A stretch of 64,000 nucleotides of DNA from Catajapyx aquilonaris (Eukaryota), in assembly GCA_000934665.2 (NCBI GenBank), contig KZ538201.1, positions 1 to 64,000 of the forward strand. The letters run 5' to 3'. Under the pieces are notes generated by a model that was not told where the DNA came from, searched no databases, and saw only the letters and a list, made by a program, of their open reading frames with translations. The translations under genes and the position numbers were made by a program. Below are positions 36,131-49,300 of this stretch, in pieces. Within the stretch, counting starts at the first letter, position 1, and each line of letters begins with the position of its first letter.

Positions 36131-37787
36131 CCGTAAACCTGCTTATTGCTTTTTCCGGTTCTAACAAAAAAATTGCCCTGATCGAATTGGCCCCTTTATT
36201 TTTATACTTGTTTGTAACGAGACAAAATACAGTTATTTTTAACTGTTGAAATATATTTGGTTATTTAACTATCGAAAGTATTGTTATTTAAGCATTGAAA
36301 ATATTTGGCTATTTAAGTATTGAAAATATTTGGCTATTTAACTACTGAAATATATTAGTTATTTAAAATATTGAAAACATTTAGTTATTTTAAATAGTGA
36401 AAACATTTAGTTATTTCATTATTGAAAACAGTTAGTTATTTCACTATTGAAAACAGTTATTTCACTATTGAAAACAGTTATTTCACTATTGAAAAATATG
36501 GTTATTTAACTATCGAAATATATTAGGTTATTTAATCCTTGAAAATATTTGGCTATTAACTATTGAAAATATTTGGTTGTGTAACTATTGAAAATATTGG
36601 GTGCTAATATTAGCATGATCCAGACTAATATTGCTGTTCTAATATTAGCTGTAAATAACGGTTTTATCGCTATTGTTTATGGCCTGCAGTGTCATAAAAG
36701 AGCGCCGCAATTTTCTGACAGTTTAACGCATGTTTTCTGTGATTGGTTGCTTGTTAATTGCGGGTTACACTATCGTTACTTTTTTTTTCTGAGATACCGG
36801 TACGTACTCGGGCGTACGTACCGCATATCATTTTCCTAGGATTTCCTGTTCCTAAGAATTGCATAACGTCTCTTGGAAGCTGCCATTAATCTTAAGAAAA
36901 CTACGACCGCTCGTTTGCACTTGACGGGGGCTTAGTTTTACGACGCACCCTGTAGTAGCCTACGTACCACAAGAGGATTCCAGGTCACCGGGCCGCTCGA
37001 TATTTTACTGTGCTCCTGAATAATAATTACTGCACTTTTATGCACAGGCGGAGTAGGAAAAGTTGCAATTGCAATTTTCGAATTGACAACAATTGGCATT
37101 ACGTGATACCTGTTGCGTACCACATTTTTTTTCACACCCCCATTTTGGCAACGTTTAGTAAACGGCAGTGACGTAACTAAAGGACCGATAAAAGCTGGCT
37201 GATTTACATTGTGACCGCGGAGAGGAAGTACAGTATTGCGATAAAAAGAGGAGGTATAAAAAGCATGACACGTGCGATGCCGATTACCCCCCGACCCGTA
37301 ATTCGCGAACTCATCTGTTCATTTTAGCACAGCCTGAATTTTTTGCAGTGTAGGAGCCAAAGTGTCACTACGTGTCAATTGCATGTGTGAGTGTGTTTAG
37401 ACAAACGGGATATTGCGTGTGGTAGGTGTTTGTTACCTTTTCGTGAAAAGTCTCGTTGTGTAGCTCATCCAACGTGGGTCTGTATGCCACGTGCACAGAC
37501 ATGAGGTTACGGTAGTGGTCAGCTCTGGGTAGAGCCTCCCTCGTGAGTTGTCCCAAACTCTTGGCATACCGGGTGTCGTACACGTATGTGTATTGTCCGG
37601 TCCCCTGTCCAGGCGACACCATGTCCGCATCGCTGTGACAATCCTCCGGGTCCTCGTCCGCCACCGTGTCCACCTTAGCCACCTGGAACCTTCCTCCCGA
37701 GGCGCTGTTTCCTTCGGGATCCCCCATCTCATGCAGCTCGTGTTCAGACGAAGAGCTGCTACCCTGCTTGTTGGCACCACCGGTCAT
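19708..37787 (-). CDS. NKCC: SLC12 Na-K-2Cl cotransporter, paralog 1 (NKCC1/Ncc69-like), 18 exons, about 1069 aa
   Basis: Exons 37787-37437, 25434-25357, 25295-25220, 25116-25021, 24746-24493, 24431-24317, 24260-24121, 24063-23731, 23656-23533, 23475-23354, 23036-22901, 22837-22626, 22571-22330, 22256-22090, 20787-20418, 20295-20150, 20012-19901, 19843-19708, all GT-AG and summing to 3210 nt. Motifs [106 protein letters not shown]. Confidence 0.95.
25450..26075. repeat. Tandem array (about 4 x 150-180 bp) resembling Helitron 5' ends, in intron 1 of paralog 1
   Basis: Repeated gtgtgcagaaaactaat..ccaagtttcagcact..agtagtct..ggtagcc.ggacatacagacaaactttc..ttttataagtgtaaga. Confidence 0.7.
26120..26190. 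repeat. (TTA)n microsatellite
   Basis: Perfect tta run. Confidence 0.95.
27460..27955. repeat. AT-rich degenerate satellite (aattaattttggaaaatgt)
   Basis: More than ten degenerate copies. Confidence 0.8.
28665..29730. repeat. AT-rich satellite (aatattggctactaaatagctaat, ~25-30 bp units)
   Basis: Dozens of degenerate copies. Confidence 0.9.
30663..30738. mobile_element. Tiny Tc1/mariner-type MITE with TA duplication
   Basis: ta|cagggtgattca ... tgaatcaccctg|ta, a perfect TIR with a CAGGGTG terminus. Confidence 0.65.
31671..32332. repeat. Composite element: (AAT)n, inverted end, ~260-bp internal tandem duplication, inverted end, (TTA)n
   Basis: gagtgcgcacccacattggcgcagc (~31734) is the inverted counterpart of gctgcgcgaattgtgatgcgcactc (~32214). 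The block gacaacaaagttgccaga..agcgttggaaataagt..attgataattccaacc..gcgcactcggttgcgct is present twice. Confidence 0.7.
33613..33685 (-). tRNA. tRNA-Phe: tRNA-Phe (GAA), intronic in paralog 1
   Basis: GCCGGGATAGCTCAGTTGGGAGAGCGTTAGACTGAAGATCTAAAGGTCCCCGGTTCGATCCCGGGTCACGGCA (73 nt), with canonical D, anticodon and T arms and a Pol III oligo-T terminator at about 33606-33599. Confidence 0.95.
36078..36129. repeat. (AG)n microsatellite
   Basis: Perfect ag run. Confidence 0.95.
36230..36610. repeat. AT-rich minisatellite (gttatttaactattgaaaatattt)
   Basis: About 15 degenerate 19-23 bp copies. Confidence 0.85.
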
Positions 37788-37913
37788 TTTTGGGGTTTTT
37801 CTTTTTTCGTTCAGACTGTGGTACGTACACACGATCCTTTTTCTTCCCCCCTGGCACCCGCACCGCTGCCTGACTACCACCGAAATGCGGTTCGGTCGGG
37901 GGGATTTGCCTAG

Positions 37914-37920
37914 TTTTATA
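37914..37920 (-). promoter_or_regulatory. Candidate TATA box of paralog 1
   Basis: TATAAAA within a GC-rich stretch about 130 bp upstream of the ATG, with Inr-like GCATTT about 34 nt downstream. Confidence 0.4.
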
Positions 37921-38114
37921 ATGCGCGGCTGCTGTGTGGGGCAGGAGGGGGGCCCGCAGGCGGTGGCGCTGTTGCCTGCTGGTTTAAGGGGAAGGGGGGG
38001 AACGGACGGGGGGTGTTGCGGTGTTGCATGTGTCAGGCGGGACTATACAAAGCGGTACGGACCGGATTACCAGGAAAAAAGAAGTGTCGAAACTGATCAA
38101 ATCGAACAGATCGG

Positions 38115-39315
38115 GACATTTTTACAATAAGCTGCTTATACAAGCAGCTACATGTCGATATTAGTTACTAACATTGGTTAGTATTAAATTTAAGCGGCTA
38201 CTTTGATATACCGGTCGATATAACGGTATTGAAGGTACAGCCCAAAAGTATAGTGTTATAAGCGGGATAGCGTTATTTGCGGGAAAATTTACCTTATGGA
38301 AATGATCGCGGGACGACCGGAAAAGCATTACATCGAGATTTTACTGTCTTATCAAAATATTAGTTATTCACATTAGACAATAATATTCTAAGCTGCTACC
38401 TTTAATTGCTGCAAAATAGTTAATACTAGCTAATAAGGGTTAGATAGCTATTTAATCGAGCATCAAGTATTAGACATATTATAGGCAATATTTGAAACTT
38501 CTTGCGGATGTCAAAATATTAACTAATAATATTTAGGCAGCTACGGTACTTTTATTGATTATCAAAAATATTAGTAATAGCTCTCATAATATTTTAAGTG
38601 GCTACTTTTAACGACTATCAATATTAGGTACTGTATGAGCTATATGTTACGTTATATTAACTATATCTGACTAATAATAATAGCTAATAATATTTGGTGT
38701 CTATTTCATCAGTATCAAATTGTCAGTTAATAATAACATAATTTTTAAGTGGCTACTTTTAGCAACAATAATATTACCTAATCATGCTTAGAGGTAGCTA
38801 CTTTTATCGATTATAACAAATATTAGTTAATAATAGCTCATAATATTTTTAAGTGTCTACTTTCAGCAACTATCAAAATTGTTATACACTATAATAGCTA
38901 TATTATTACTAATATTAGCTAATAATATCTACTCAATATTAGTTAATAATAACGAATAATATCTTAACAATATTTGTTAATAATAGCTAATAATATCTTA
39001 ACAATATTAGTTAATAATAACTAATAATATCATAACAATATTAGTTAATAATAGCTAATAATATGTCATTGGCTAATTTTTCCAACAATCAATATTAGTT
39101 GCTAATACTATTAGTAATATAATAATGTAATTGATTACTTTTACCTACAATCAATATTAGTTGCTAATACTAATAGGTAGTAACAATTTATTATGTAATT
39201 GACTACTTTGACCAGCCATCAGTATTGGTTGCTAATACTAATGTTAATATCCATTATTTTGGTAGTAGCTGAAGTAGCTGCTTAAATATAAGCAGCTTAT
39301 TATTGTAAAAATGTC
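38115..39315. mobile_element. TIR-bounded 1.2-kb non-autonomous element with an internal AT-rich satellite
   Basis: Left gacatttttacaataagctgcttatacaagcagctac (38115-38151) versus right gtagctgcttaaatataagcagcttattattgtaaaaatgtc (39274-39315); interior is repeated aatattagttaataatagct/ggctacttt. Confidence 0.7.
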
Positions 39316-41399
39316 AGGTTCCGCCAAACTTTGAACTTTAGAGCTTCAATTCGGACTGACAGGAGCTAATAACGGATTTAAAAGCAACTGATAAAATATT
39401 TGCGACATTACCTGCCGTTTTCCACTATGAGTCACCTCTCCTTTGAATGAATGAACTGGACTGATGTGGCAACCCAGCGCATGCCGCCATATCGAATCGT
39501 GCTCCTTTTGGGTTTGCTGCAAGAGGCTGCGATATTTATCCCGGGTTTGTCTCACCTGGACCGATTGAAAAACTCCAGTTCTGAGAAGGTAAAACTTCAA
39601 ACAAGACGAGTGTTGCCCCCTCTACACGACCCCTCAGGGCCAACCTGATTTTTAGGAGAGCAGGGTTTTTGGAGGGGTAGGGGGGAGAGAGAGGAAGGTT
39701 GTGTTGTGAAAGAGAGATGGGGAGAGGGTGCGATGGGGAGACCCCCTCTGGATCGATCAAAAGGATAGTAAAGGTAGGGGTTGGTTTGGATGTGGGGTGT
39801 ATATGTATAGAACCAGATGCCCATTACACACCTGCAAAGTTAGTAACACCTGGACATACATTTCTAGATATTTTTTTAAAAAAAATGGTTTCAAACGGTG
39901 ACGAAATTACAGCGATTTTGCGCACGAGTTGATTCGCACTCATTAGATGGCGTGTGGTGAACACCAATCAAATTAAGTTGTTTCCGGCACGTTTTTTAAA
40001 AATACTTTTGTTTATAATAATAACCTTCCATGGGAGTAATATCAAAGCTGTCAATCGGTAGTTGGCCCACTTGTTACGCCCAGATTCATTATTCATACTT
40101 TCAAAAGATGGATTGTGCAAGTAACGCATTTAAAGTGCCCATCTGCAACAATTTGCGTGCAGGACTAAAAATAGAGCATAGATAAGCGAATTATTTTGTT
40201 GGTGCGATTCGGAATACCCAGAAGATTTGCTGTACTTGCATATCGATGGTGTTTTAAAAAAATATTAGTTGCTATTATTAGGTTGAATGGACTCTTATGC
40301 CGATTGGTCAAAATTGTATTTGTTGGCAGCAAATTATTAATGATAAATCACGAACAACCGAGAAGTCATATAAGCAGCTAGTCATTGGGAAATTGCACCT
40401 TGGAATATTTTGCGGCTTATAATAACCGGACATTTTGTAATGTCCGCTCCACATTAGTTTCACTATTCAATTTATTAACATTTGACATTACATTTTAGCA
40501 ATTTGAACAATTAAATTTTAAAGTGTAGATATCGCAGTCGGACATCTTGGCTTATCGGAGTCGGCCATCTTGGATTATCAGAATCGGCCATCTTTCTGGA
40601 TTCCATTTCCAAAGATTTCCTTTCTAAATACTTTTGTTCTCACCTTGTCCTTAATGTATGCACATTTTTGTCTGCTAAAACCGGCCACTTGGTCATTTCC
40701 AAACAGGCCCTGCAGTGAGCGTTTTTTATGGTGACAAATTCCGATGCATTACGTACCACCCTTTAAAATCTCGGTCTCATTGTATTGCAGTGCGTTAAGA
40801 ATAGTTGTCCTCTAGTGTTAATAATTTTTGACCCTTTTACACGCAGCACTTTTCCTTTTTGATTGTCAACCGTTATGCATTTTATTACTTTGTAGGTGCG
40901 ACTAATGACCATTGACGTACTGTGCAGCCTCGCATTACTACGTCTCTCGTCTGTGCTCTATTTCTGTTCTAAACCGATGCTCATTAAGAGGTTAGATACA
41001 CGGATAATCGCATGTTTATGACCAGGCACAATTACATCAGTAAAGATGAAAAGTTCCGTCCAGGTAAACATCGAAAAGCCTGTAGCTATGTGCGCCGTCA
41101 AAAAACTGGGTTAAAGACTTGCATAACATATGCAGGGCACGAACTGGAATGAACCGGACCGATACGGACTGTCTAAACTATTTAAACTTATAGTGGCGTA
41201 TGTGACAGCAAATATTATACGTTCTGTAGCGACATAGGCCAACGAATGTTATTGTGGCTTTGCCACGGCGAGATGCATTCGGACGCGCTCTCTGAACTTC
41301 ACATCATCAGCGAGTAGTCACCAATTTCAGGTTTTTGACATATATTCCAGTGACCTTTGACCTGTCGACCTGGTACCACCATAATCCTCGGGTACCTGC

Positions 41400-42486
41400 A
41401 TGCTGAAGGTGATCGTGCTGGCGCGACAGAGTTTGCAGCCGGCTGAGCTGCTCACACGAGCTAGCCAAACATCTCCAGCCAAGATGAGCGCCATGTGCTT
41501 GACCGGTAGCAGTGAAGATGGCCTCTTACATGAGGTCAGATCCACCATCCCATCGCTGACCATTGCCATGCACAAAGGTCAAGCTGGAAGGATAGGGGTC
41601 GTCGGAGGCAGCCAGGAGTACACGGGTGCGCCTTATTTCACTGCCATATCAGCTTTAAAAGTCGGATCTGACCTGGCTCATGTCTTCTGCCCATCCGAGG
41701 CCTCCCAGGTCATCAAGGTATAGTCAATGATTAGCCTAATTAGTTAATAAATAATTTAGCATGTTTACACTATACATGAAGGGATACAGCCCCGACCTCA
41801 TAGTCCACCCGGTGCTGGACCTGGAGGACGACTTGGCGGTCAAAGGTGTAATGGATGTCATGTCTCGTCTGAACATCCTGGTACTTGGACCTGGCCTGGG
41901 TCGGTCTGAAGCAACGTTCAGACGACTCGGACTTCTTCTGGATCAGCTGAAGGAGCAGGAAAAGCCTATAATACTAGACGCAGACGCGCTCTTCTACGTA
42001 ACGCAACATCCGGAGAAGATACAGGGTTATACTAACGCGATGCTGACCCCGAACGTGATGGAATTTTCGCGTCTATGTCGGGCCGTACTGGGCGAAGAGG
42101 TCAAGCCGACACCATCCGCTTCACCCGAAAAGGTCAGGGAGCTGGCCACAGCCCTGGGTCATGTCACGGTGGTTCACAAGGGCGCATCGGACGTCATCTC
42201 TAATGGAAGACTGGTCGTGTGTTGTACCGGCAGCGGAAGTCCTCGACGATGCGGAGGTCAAGGGGACGTTCTGGCTGGAGCCATGGCTACTTTCTACCAC
42301 TGGGGATTGACCTATAGGGATAGGTCGATGCCCACTCCGAGCCCACAGATACTGGCAGCGTACGGAGCATGCAGGCTGACCAGGGAGTGCAGTCGGTTGG
42401 CCTTCTCGCAGCATGGAAGGTCCACCACAACAACGGATCTGGTCAGGCTCATACATCAGGCTTTCTCGTTTCTGTATGGGCCATGA
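41400..42486 (+). CDS. NAXD: ATP-dependent (S)-NAD(P)H-hydrate dehydratase (CARKD), 2 exons, about 340 aa
   Basis: Exons 41400-41717 and 41782-42486. Motifs [73 protein letters not shown]. Confidence 0.95.
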
Positions 42487-45400
42487 AATCTTAAGGGGGA
42501 TGCAAGGGATGGCTGAGAGTACGCGGATTTAAGTAGAGATGGCGTTAGGGTATAGTGTGCGCCACCTACACTCAGCTTTCGGATTCTGCCGCTTGAGGCG
42601 TGCTTACACACCTGATCTTTGAAAGAGTGTAAACATGCCTCAACCTCTCAGCCAATCGTAGGGGGCAAGGGTATCAAAATATTTGTGGACATGTCCACAT
42701 TTCAGAGTAGGCTACACTAGCTATACTGCCAAAATAATTCCTTCAAAAATAATATGTGCCAATCTGAAAAATATATGCACTGTCTTCCACCATCAGTCAA
42801 AAAAAGGCACAATAATGTTGTGAATCAGTTTGCGGTTTTTTTGGCACAAACATGCATATGGTAAGCACAATATTAGCTTCTAATATTAGGCTGCAAATGA
42901 GTGACCCATTTTGATCTCCATCATAGGTCAGTTATAATTCATATTGGGCATATGTTCCACCTAATATTACAAGATAATATTTTGATACGACATCACAATG
43001 CATTTAGTGCCAAATATTCATCAAACTGAAAGGGTCACAAAACTTTCAAAAATGAACCCTCTGGTTAAGGAAGCTATGACTATTGTATGTATACACAGAT
43101 TGTATGCGGTTGTAATGGTTTGTTTGCACCTTGAAGGCAACGCAGGTATGGAGAGAGATAAAAAAAAATGCAGAATATAAGAGTGGTATTGCTTGAAGCA
43201 GGTGTACAGATGAAGAGGGCAGTGAACGCCATCGAGGGCATCCATCTCAAACTTCTTATTCCATCAGCACCTTTTGTTTTTATTTCCATGAAAAATAAAC
43301 AGCAGGAATCAGTTTTATCTCACGGGGATGTGAATTACGAGGTGAAGTAATTTAGGGCAATTAGATTTGTGTTAGTATCACAGGTTGTCCCTCATTGTTG
43401 TTTCTGGTTCAAACTATTAGTCTGTTGTGTTCAAACGTTGAATTTGGAAATGTTATGACTTCAACACTGTTTAAAATTGCCTGACATTGAAAGCGAAATG
43501 GGCTACAGTGAAACATGTTTACAGAAGAAAAAAAATGATCTCTGCTTATATTAGTCATAAAAATCCGCTCATAATAAAGAAATATAAGGAGCGTTACAGA
43601 TTATAGCTCAATATTGTAATATTTAAAGTTGTAGTTTGGGAAGTGTTTATTTTTACTGTATTTGTTACTCGTAATACAGCATATGAAATCTGCTTGTTCT
43701 TTTAATTTTTAAAAGCACTACATTAATAGCTCTGCAGGTTTATGAACTACAGAACCAGTTTGGCCAAGTGCAAGCGGAAAATGTATTGTGGTTTTTTTAT
43801 AATAAATTTTTTTTTAATCTTCTTGATTCTTGCCCTTGCAGCGATCTGTTGTGAAGGAGCAACCATCCGAAGCGTGGTGCACGACAATCCCAAAGGGGGG
43901 ATTCGAGTTGCATAATTGCACGTTCCTGCACGTGACGTATACCAGAAAAGTGCATCGCTCTTTGATGCGTGTAATAATGGCTCGGCATCTCAACCAGTTT
44001 CCACTCCAATGACTGCTATTTTTCAAAAACTCTGGAGTTAAAGGAACTTGTTTTTTTTCTGGAGGTACAAATCTCCATTTTATTTTTTTAAATGTGTTTA
44101 AGTTATAATTAATAATTATTTTATTTACTAGAATTTAACTGGAATTTTTTAAATGTTGTGATACACCTTGTGAAATGTCGTTCAGACTTTTGCGAATTTT
44201 CAGCGGCGCCTTTTTCGCAACACGCGCTGTTTACCGTGGCAGATAACGTGGTCTCCAGAGGTATATTCGGTAGTGGTTATTATCGGTATCTCACCACGGT
44301 TTTACGACCTTGTTTCTTTGCTGGGACACCATAATTCGGCCACAAATCGTGACCGGTTCAAATAATCCGACTGTCTAGATTTATCTGGATTGCTGCAACA
44401 ATTATTTTTCTCCAGACACTGCTGGCTCACCCTGTGTTACATTTTTATACAATGCGAATATGAACGTGACGTGATCAGCTATATTTGATGGTCATAACAT
44501 GCGTGCTTAGCGTGTCAATTTATTGTTCTTTTTTAGTGGTGTATCTAGTAGTGTGATTGACGGAAGGGAAACTACTGAATAGTCATGTATGCTAAAAAGG
44601 ACGGAGCCACCTTGTATCAAAGGTGGGTGTCATGAAGCATGCGCTTTCATGTCCCCTTTAAAAGCAGATTATTCGATGCGCATACTTCAGATTGGACACG
44701 GCCCCATACACCGCCTGCCTCCTGCAATATAGGATCACTTCATGAAAGCCGGGTCATGTTTACGACACTTGTCATGCCTGTGTGGTCACCTTCAGAGAAT
44801 ATCGGACCCTCAAGCAGGCCGCCATCTTGGGAGGAATGAAACTAGGAATTGCGAATTGGTGATAGAATTTGTGCGTAGATATTCCAGATGGAAGTAGGTC
44901 GCCATATTGACTCTATGAATATATTTTTTAAAGAGCTGTTCAGCTGCATTTATGCGTCAGGATTAGATATGAAGTGGAGGACGCCGCCTGACATAAATAC
45001 GTCAAGAAGCGTCTCAAGGCCGGTTGTACTACTGCTTCAGGTACACGTTTAGATAGCCCTATTTTTATGACTATATCATACTACACAATTTAAATGTTCG
45101 CTATATCGTGATGTCGACACTCACTGTTTCTAATGCAATTCTTGTAACTATATAGTGTCGGTGCAGTACTGAGAAAGTATATCCTATTGTTATGAAAAGA
45201 ACTAAACAATAACAGTAGAAAAACTACGGCTCAATGTTGTAGACACAACCAAAAACTATGCCTGTCCTATACATTATTTTCAGTTCATATGATAAAACCT
45301 CTCATCCTCATGAAGAGTCAAGACATTGGAGCAATTTCAGTCGACATCGCGTGGCAAAGGGTAATTGGCACCGGTAAATTCCCACTTCACATTAAGGATA

Positions 45401-46397
45401 ATGGCTGTTTTCGAATCCAGAGGCTTAACTATTCCTGCGTCATTCCTAGCCTCATCACTTGAAGGAGATCTTATTACCCTGGAAAGAATATTAAAAAGGA
45501 CAACATTGCTGTTTTGTCCGAAACAAATTTAATAGTCGCCTAATATGGTTCTGGAAGAAACCAACTTCTGCATTCCCTATAGCTTATATGGTGCTAATGC
45601 ACTGGAAGAGAATAATTTGACCGAAACATTTTAAAAATCTTGTAATATTCGCCTACTTTTTTTCACGTGTCTGTCCGATGATTCTAGAAGAAACCAACTT
45701 TGTGATCAGAATACCAAGTTTCCAGAATTTCGAAACTTTGAGGCCTCGTTTGAAATTCATGGTCACAGTCAGGGGAAGCAGGCAACGTCCGCTTAAATCC
45801 GGCCAAATATTCAGGTGTAAAAGCAGACATAATTTTTGCACCAGGTCGGTTCGAAGGTGATGAAATCAAAGGGGACGAGATTACAGGTCGTAAAAGACAA
45901 CTCTTCACGTTTCAAGTACAAGGGAAGGTGTGTGTGTGTGCACCCTTATAGGGCCTATTTATTGCAGTGTGATACTGTTATAACATGACGCCACGTATAT
46001 CACCAGCACTAAAACCGCACAATTGGGAGGGGGTTATTTGTGCAAAGTGTTCACATTGGTGGTCGTTGTTGTCGTAGTTGGGATTCATAATTTTTTAAAC
46101 AAATTACCCTACATGTAGCTTGTAGCTGATAATGGATCATTCACATAAGTAAGCTTCAAACTGTCCTTTTAACCATTAAAGTGCACCAATGACTAACAAC
46201 GACTCCCGGCTTCAGAGATGGCGCCACGGTGCAACCTCCTCAGACCGACAGATGGCGTCACACTACATCCTATCTGCCCAATGAGCGTCCTGAGGAGGGT
46301 GGCATGACGAGCTATAAATTATGTACACCGCGACGCCATATTCGCTTTCATTGGTCTCTTTCAGATCTGCCGCAATTGTTGGGGCACATGTCACTTC

Positions 46398-49300
46398 TCA
46401 AGAGTAGAAGGTAAGCACTGATGTCTGGTTTCCTCTGACCAAGAGGAATGGAGGCATGTCCCTGGTGAGGACGTCTAACCAGGCCATGTACAAAGGAGCG
46501 GACACCACACCTTTCCTGGGCATCGGAAGGGTCATCACGATCAGGTTGGCGTCGGACGAGTACTCCATAAGCATCTCTCGGAGACGAAGATGACGATTCG
46601 TCTTCTCTTTGAGAGCAGTCAACTCCGCATCTGTTATCACGTTATCTAGAAAGGTGTTAAGGTTATTATAGTTGCCCTAAACTGCCATGGCGTGTACTTA
46701 CCATCTTCGACGTTAGAGACTCCTCTGAAATCCCTGATGAGGTGGTTGAAGAATCTCTTCGTCTCTTCCCCTGCCTTCCTGGTGACATCCGGAAGAAGCA
46801 TGAGGTCAGAGTAGTCGATCCTGAACTTTGAGAGCAGACTGGCCATGCTTCTCTGCTCCACCTCCAGTTCGTCCTTCTTGTTGGCCAGAGCAAACACCCT
46901 CAGTTTGCATGAGGACCAGTTCTTCCGACTGCTGATGATGTAAGGCAGAAGAAGGGTCAGGCCTCCGTCGTCGTACAGCCACCAAACGTCGATCGTTCCC
47001 TTACGCTGCTTCCTCTGGAACTGGGTTATCTCCAGTATCTTCTCCTTTGGAAGTTCGTTGCCATCTGAGGACCTATGAAGAGATTGTCAAGAGTTACGAA
47101 AAGTTTCCCTAAACTGTCATGGTGTCTGACCAGGGAGCATACTACATAAGAGGCGCAAACATTCGATTTCCGCGTCTCTCTGTTTGGGGCGTTGCCAAGG
47201 CTGGCGGCCATTTTGAAGTGTGGGCAACGCCAACGAGGTATAACTATAGGGTACAGGCAAAAAGAGGGTCCGCCATCTTTGAATCACGCGTGTTCTTGCC
47301 GTGTAGTTGCCATGGCCGCCAAAACCATCAAAGATGGCGGACCCTATTTTTGCCTGCACCCTATTTATACCTCGTTGGCGTTTCCCACACTTCAAAATGG
47401 CCGCCAGTCTTGGCAACGGCCCCCAAACAGAGAGACGCGAACATCAAAGGCGCCGACAGAAGTTTGCGCCTCATATATGCTCCCTGGTCTGACCGCGACA
47501 GTAATGAACAGCCAGTTAACTTTGATCAATTAGGGTGTAACAAGCAAACCAGGTTCAGTTACTTTGTAAGTCCCAATTTACGCTAATAAATTAATTCGCT
47601 GTTAATTTTTGTAATTATGTAATTGTTACACTCACAGATAGACAAATCCTTGTCCTCTTTTCTTCTTCTTCTTGATGGGCGGAATTTCAGCCTCATGGCC
47701 TACCCTGGTGCTGATGGGGGTGTTGGGCGTCGAGTTGGTGTTGTCACTTCCTGCAATATTTTTATTATTAAAACACTGCATATCACACGCTACACTAAAA
47801 TATGAGCTTTAATTTGAACACGGTGAATGTAGCCACGTAGTGGAATCTGGCGGATGGCACGAATATTACGCAGCAGTCCTTGCGCTGCATTGTACGCCAT
47901 CTAGCAGGTTCAATTATTCGCTACTCAATATTGGCGCAATGTGTGTAAATATTTAGTGAAAATTATGCGTCATTAACACAATGTCAAAGGTTAAATCCTC
48001 CTAACTGAATGTTGCCTTTGAGGGGGTGATTTTCGCATCTGTCACTGATCGTAAGATATACTGAAAATCATACTTTTTTCTGATATATTTTGACGGAATT
48101 GCACCTGTTGTTAATACTAATGGTGTACTTACCGTGACTCATTTGTGACAAATTTGAGTCCGTCCTGGCCATTTCTACAATGTTGGACACTGATGGTATT
48201 GTAGGGATGTGTCCATTTGCAGTCGGCGAGTTATGAGGCGACTCTTCGCCTTCAAATATCTCTCCCGTGAAATTCAGACCACCTTTGACCCGTAGGATGG
48301 TCACGGCCATGTAATTGTCGAAAGCATTGCTGGAAAGATTGTCAAGTTCAAGCACCTGAATGATTATTTTTTTTTGCAGAAATCATGACACTTACTGCAA
48401 CACATTGAAGTAATGTGAGAGCTCGTCTCTTGGACAGCTTTCCCATTTCTCTTTGAAGCCCATCATGATGATGTTTGGTGTCATCTTACCCACACCTGTG
48501 GCTTGCATCAGAGCCCTTGTACCTTCCTCCAGGTTGAGGTTGTCCACAAACACAAAGAAGCTCTTGATCTGATGGAGTTGGAACCAGTTGTACACACGTT
48601 GGACTGTTATGTTCCGGATGCGAGGATGCTCCGTTTCCTGGTGAAACATGGACAATTCGTACATTGAATCTTTGTGATTCTTTACCACATTGTTCGTTAC
48701 AAGTGCGTACCTCCGAAATATGTCCACAGATTAACAGGGACAGATTCTTGGTCAATAGATAACCAAAGTCGACCAATGATGGTCTGTTCTGCGGTTTTCC
48801 AGACAAAAGAAGGATCTGAGGCCGAAAGTTCTTCACGTGCTCGTTCGTGTTGTTCAACTGTTGCACTGCAGCTATTGCGCTCTTGTAGTTCTGAGCCTGT
48901 CCAGACGATCCCCAGTTAACATCAGGTTTGCGGTACACTACGTAGACAAACAATGCGATGATGATGGCCCAGGTGATCAGAGCTGTCACCCAACTCATCA
49001 GGAACATGACCACAGCGCACAGAATGAACGTGCCCAGACTTAGCCATGCATTGTAGTACTGAAAATGGTTCGAACCGGTTAGAGACTCAAGTCATCATGA
49101 TGCAAACTTAATTGTAATTACCTTGAACGTAGGTCGCCATCCGACAGGTTTGGTAAACGCTGCGTGGAAAGTACAGAAGTTCAGCAACGCGTACGATGCG
49201 ATGAAGAAGTTGGATATCAACGGTGCAATGGCGTTTAGATCACCTGTAACATGTTGAAGTGTTAGTTCAGCACCGATTTAGGACATGCCCAGTCTTACCA

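Noticed and set aside
39400..39650. Possible CR1/L2 LINE 3' remnant (SPLL..MNWTDVATQR)
   Set aside because: Resemblance is too short and interrupted to support without a search.
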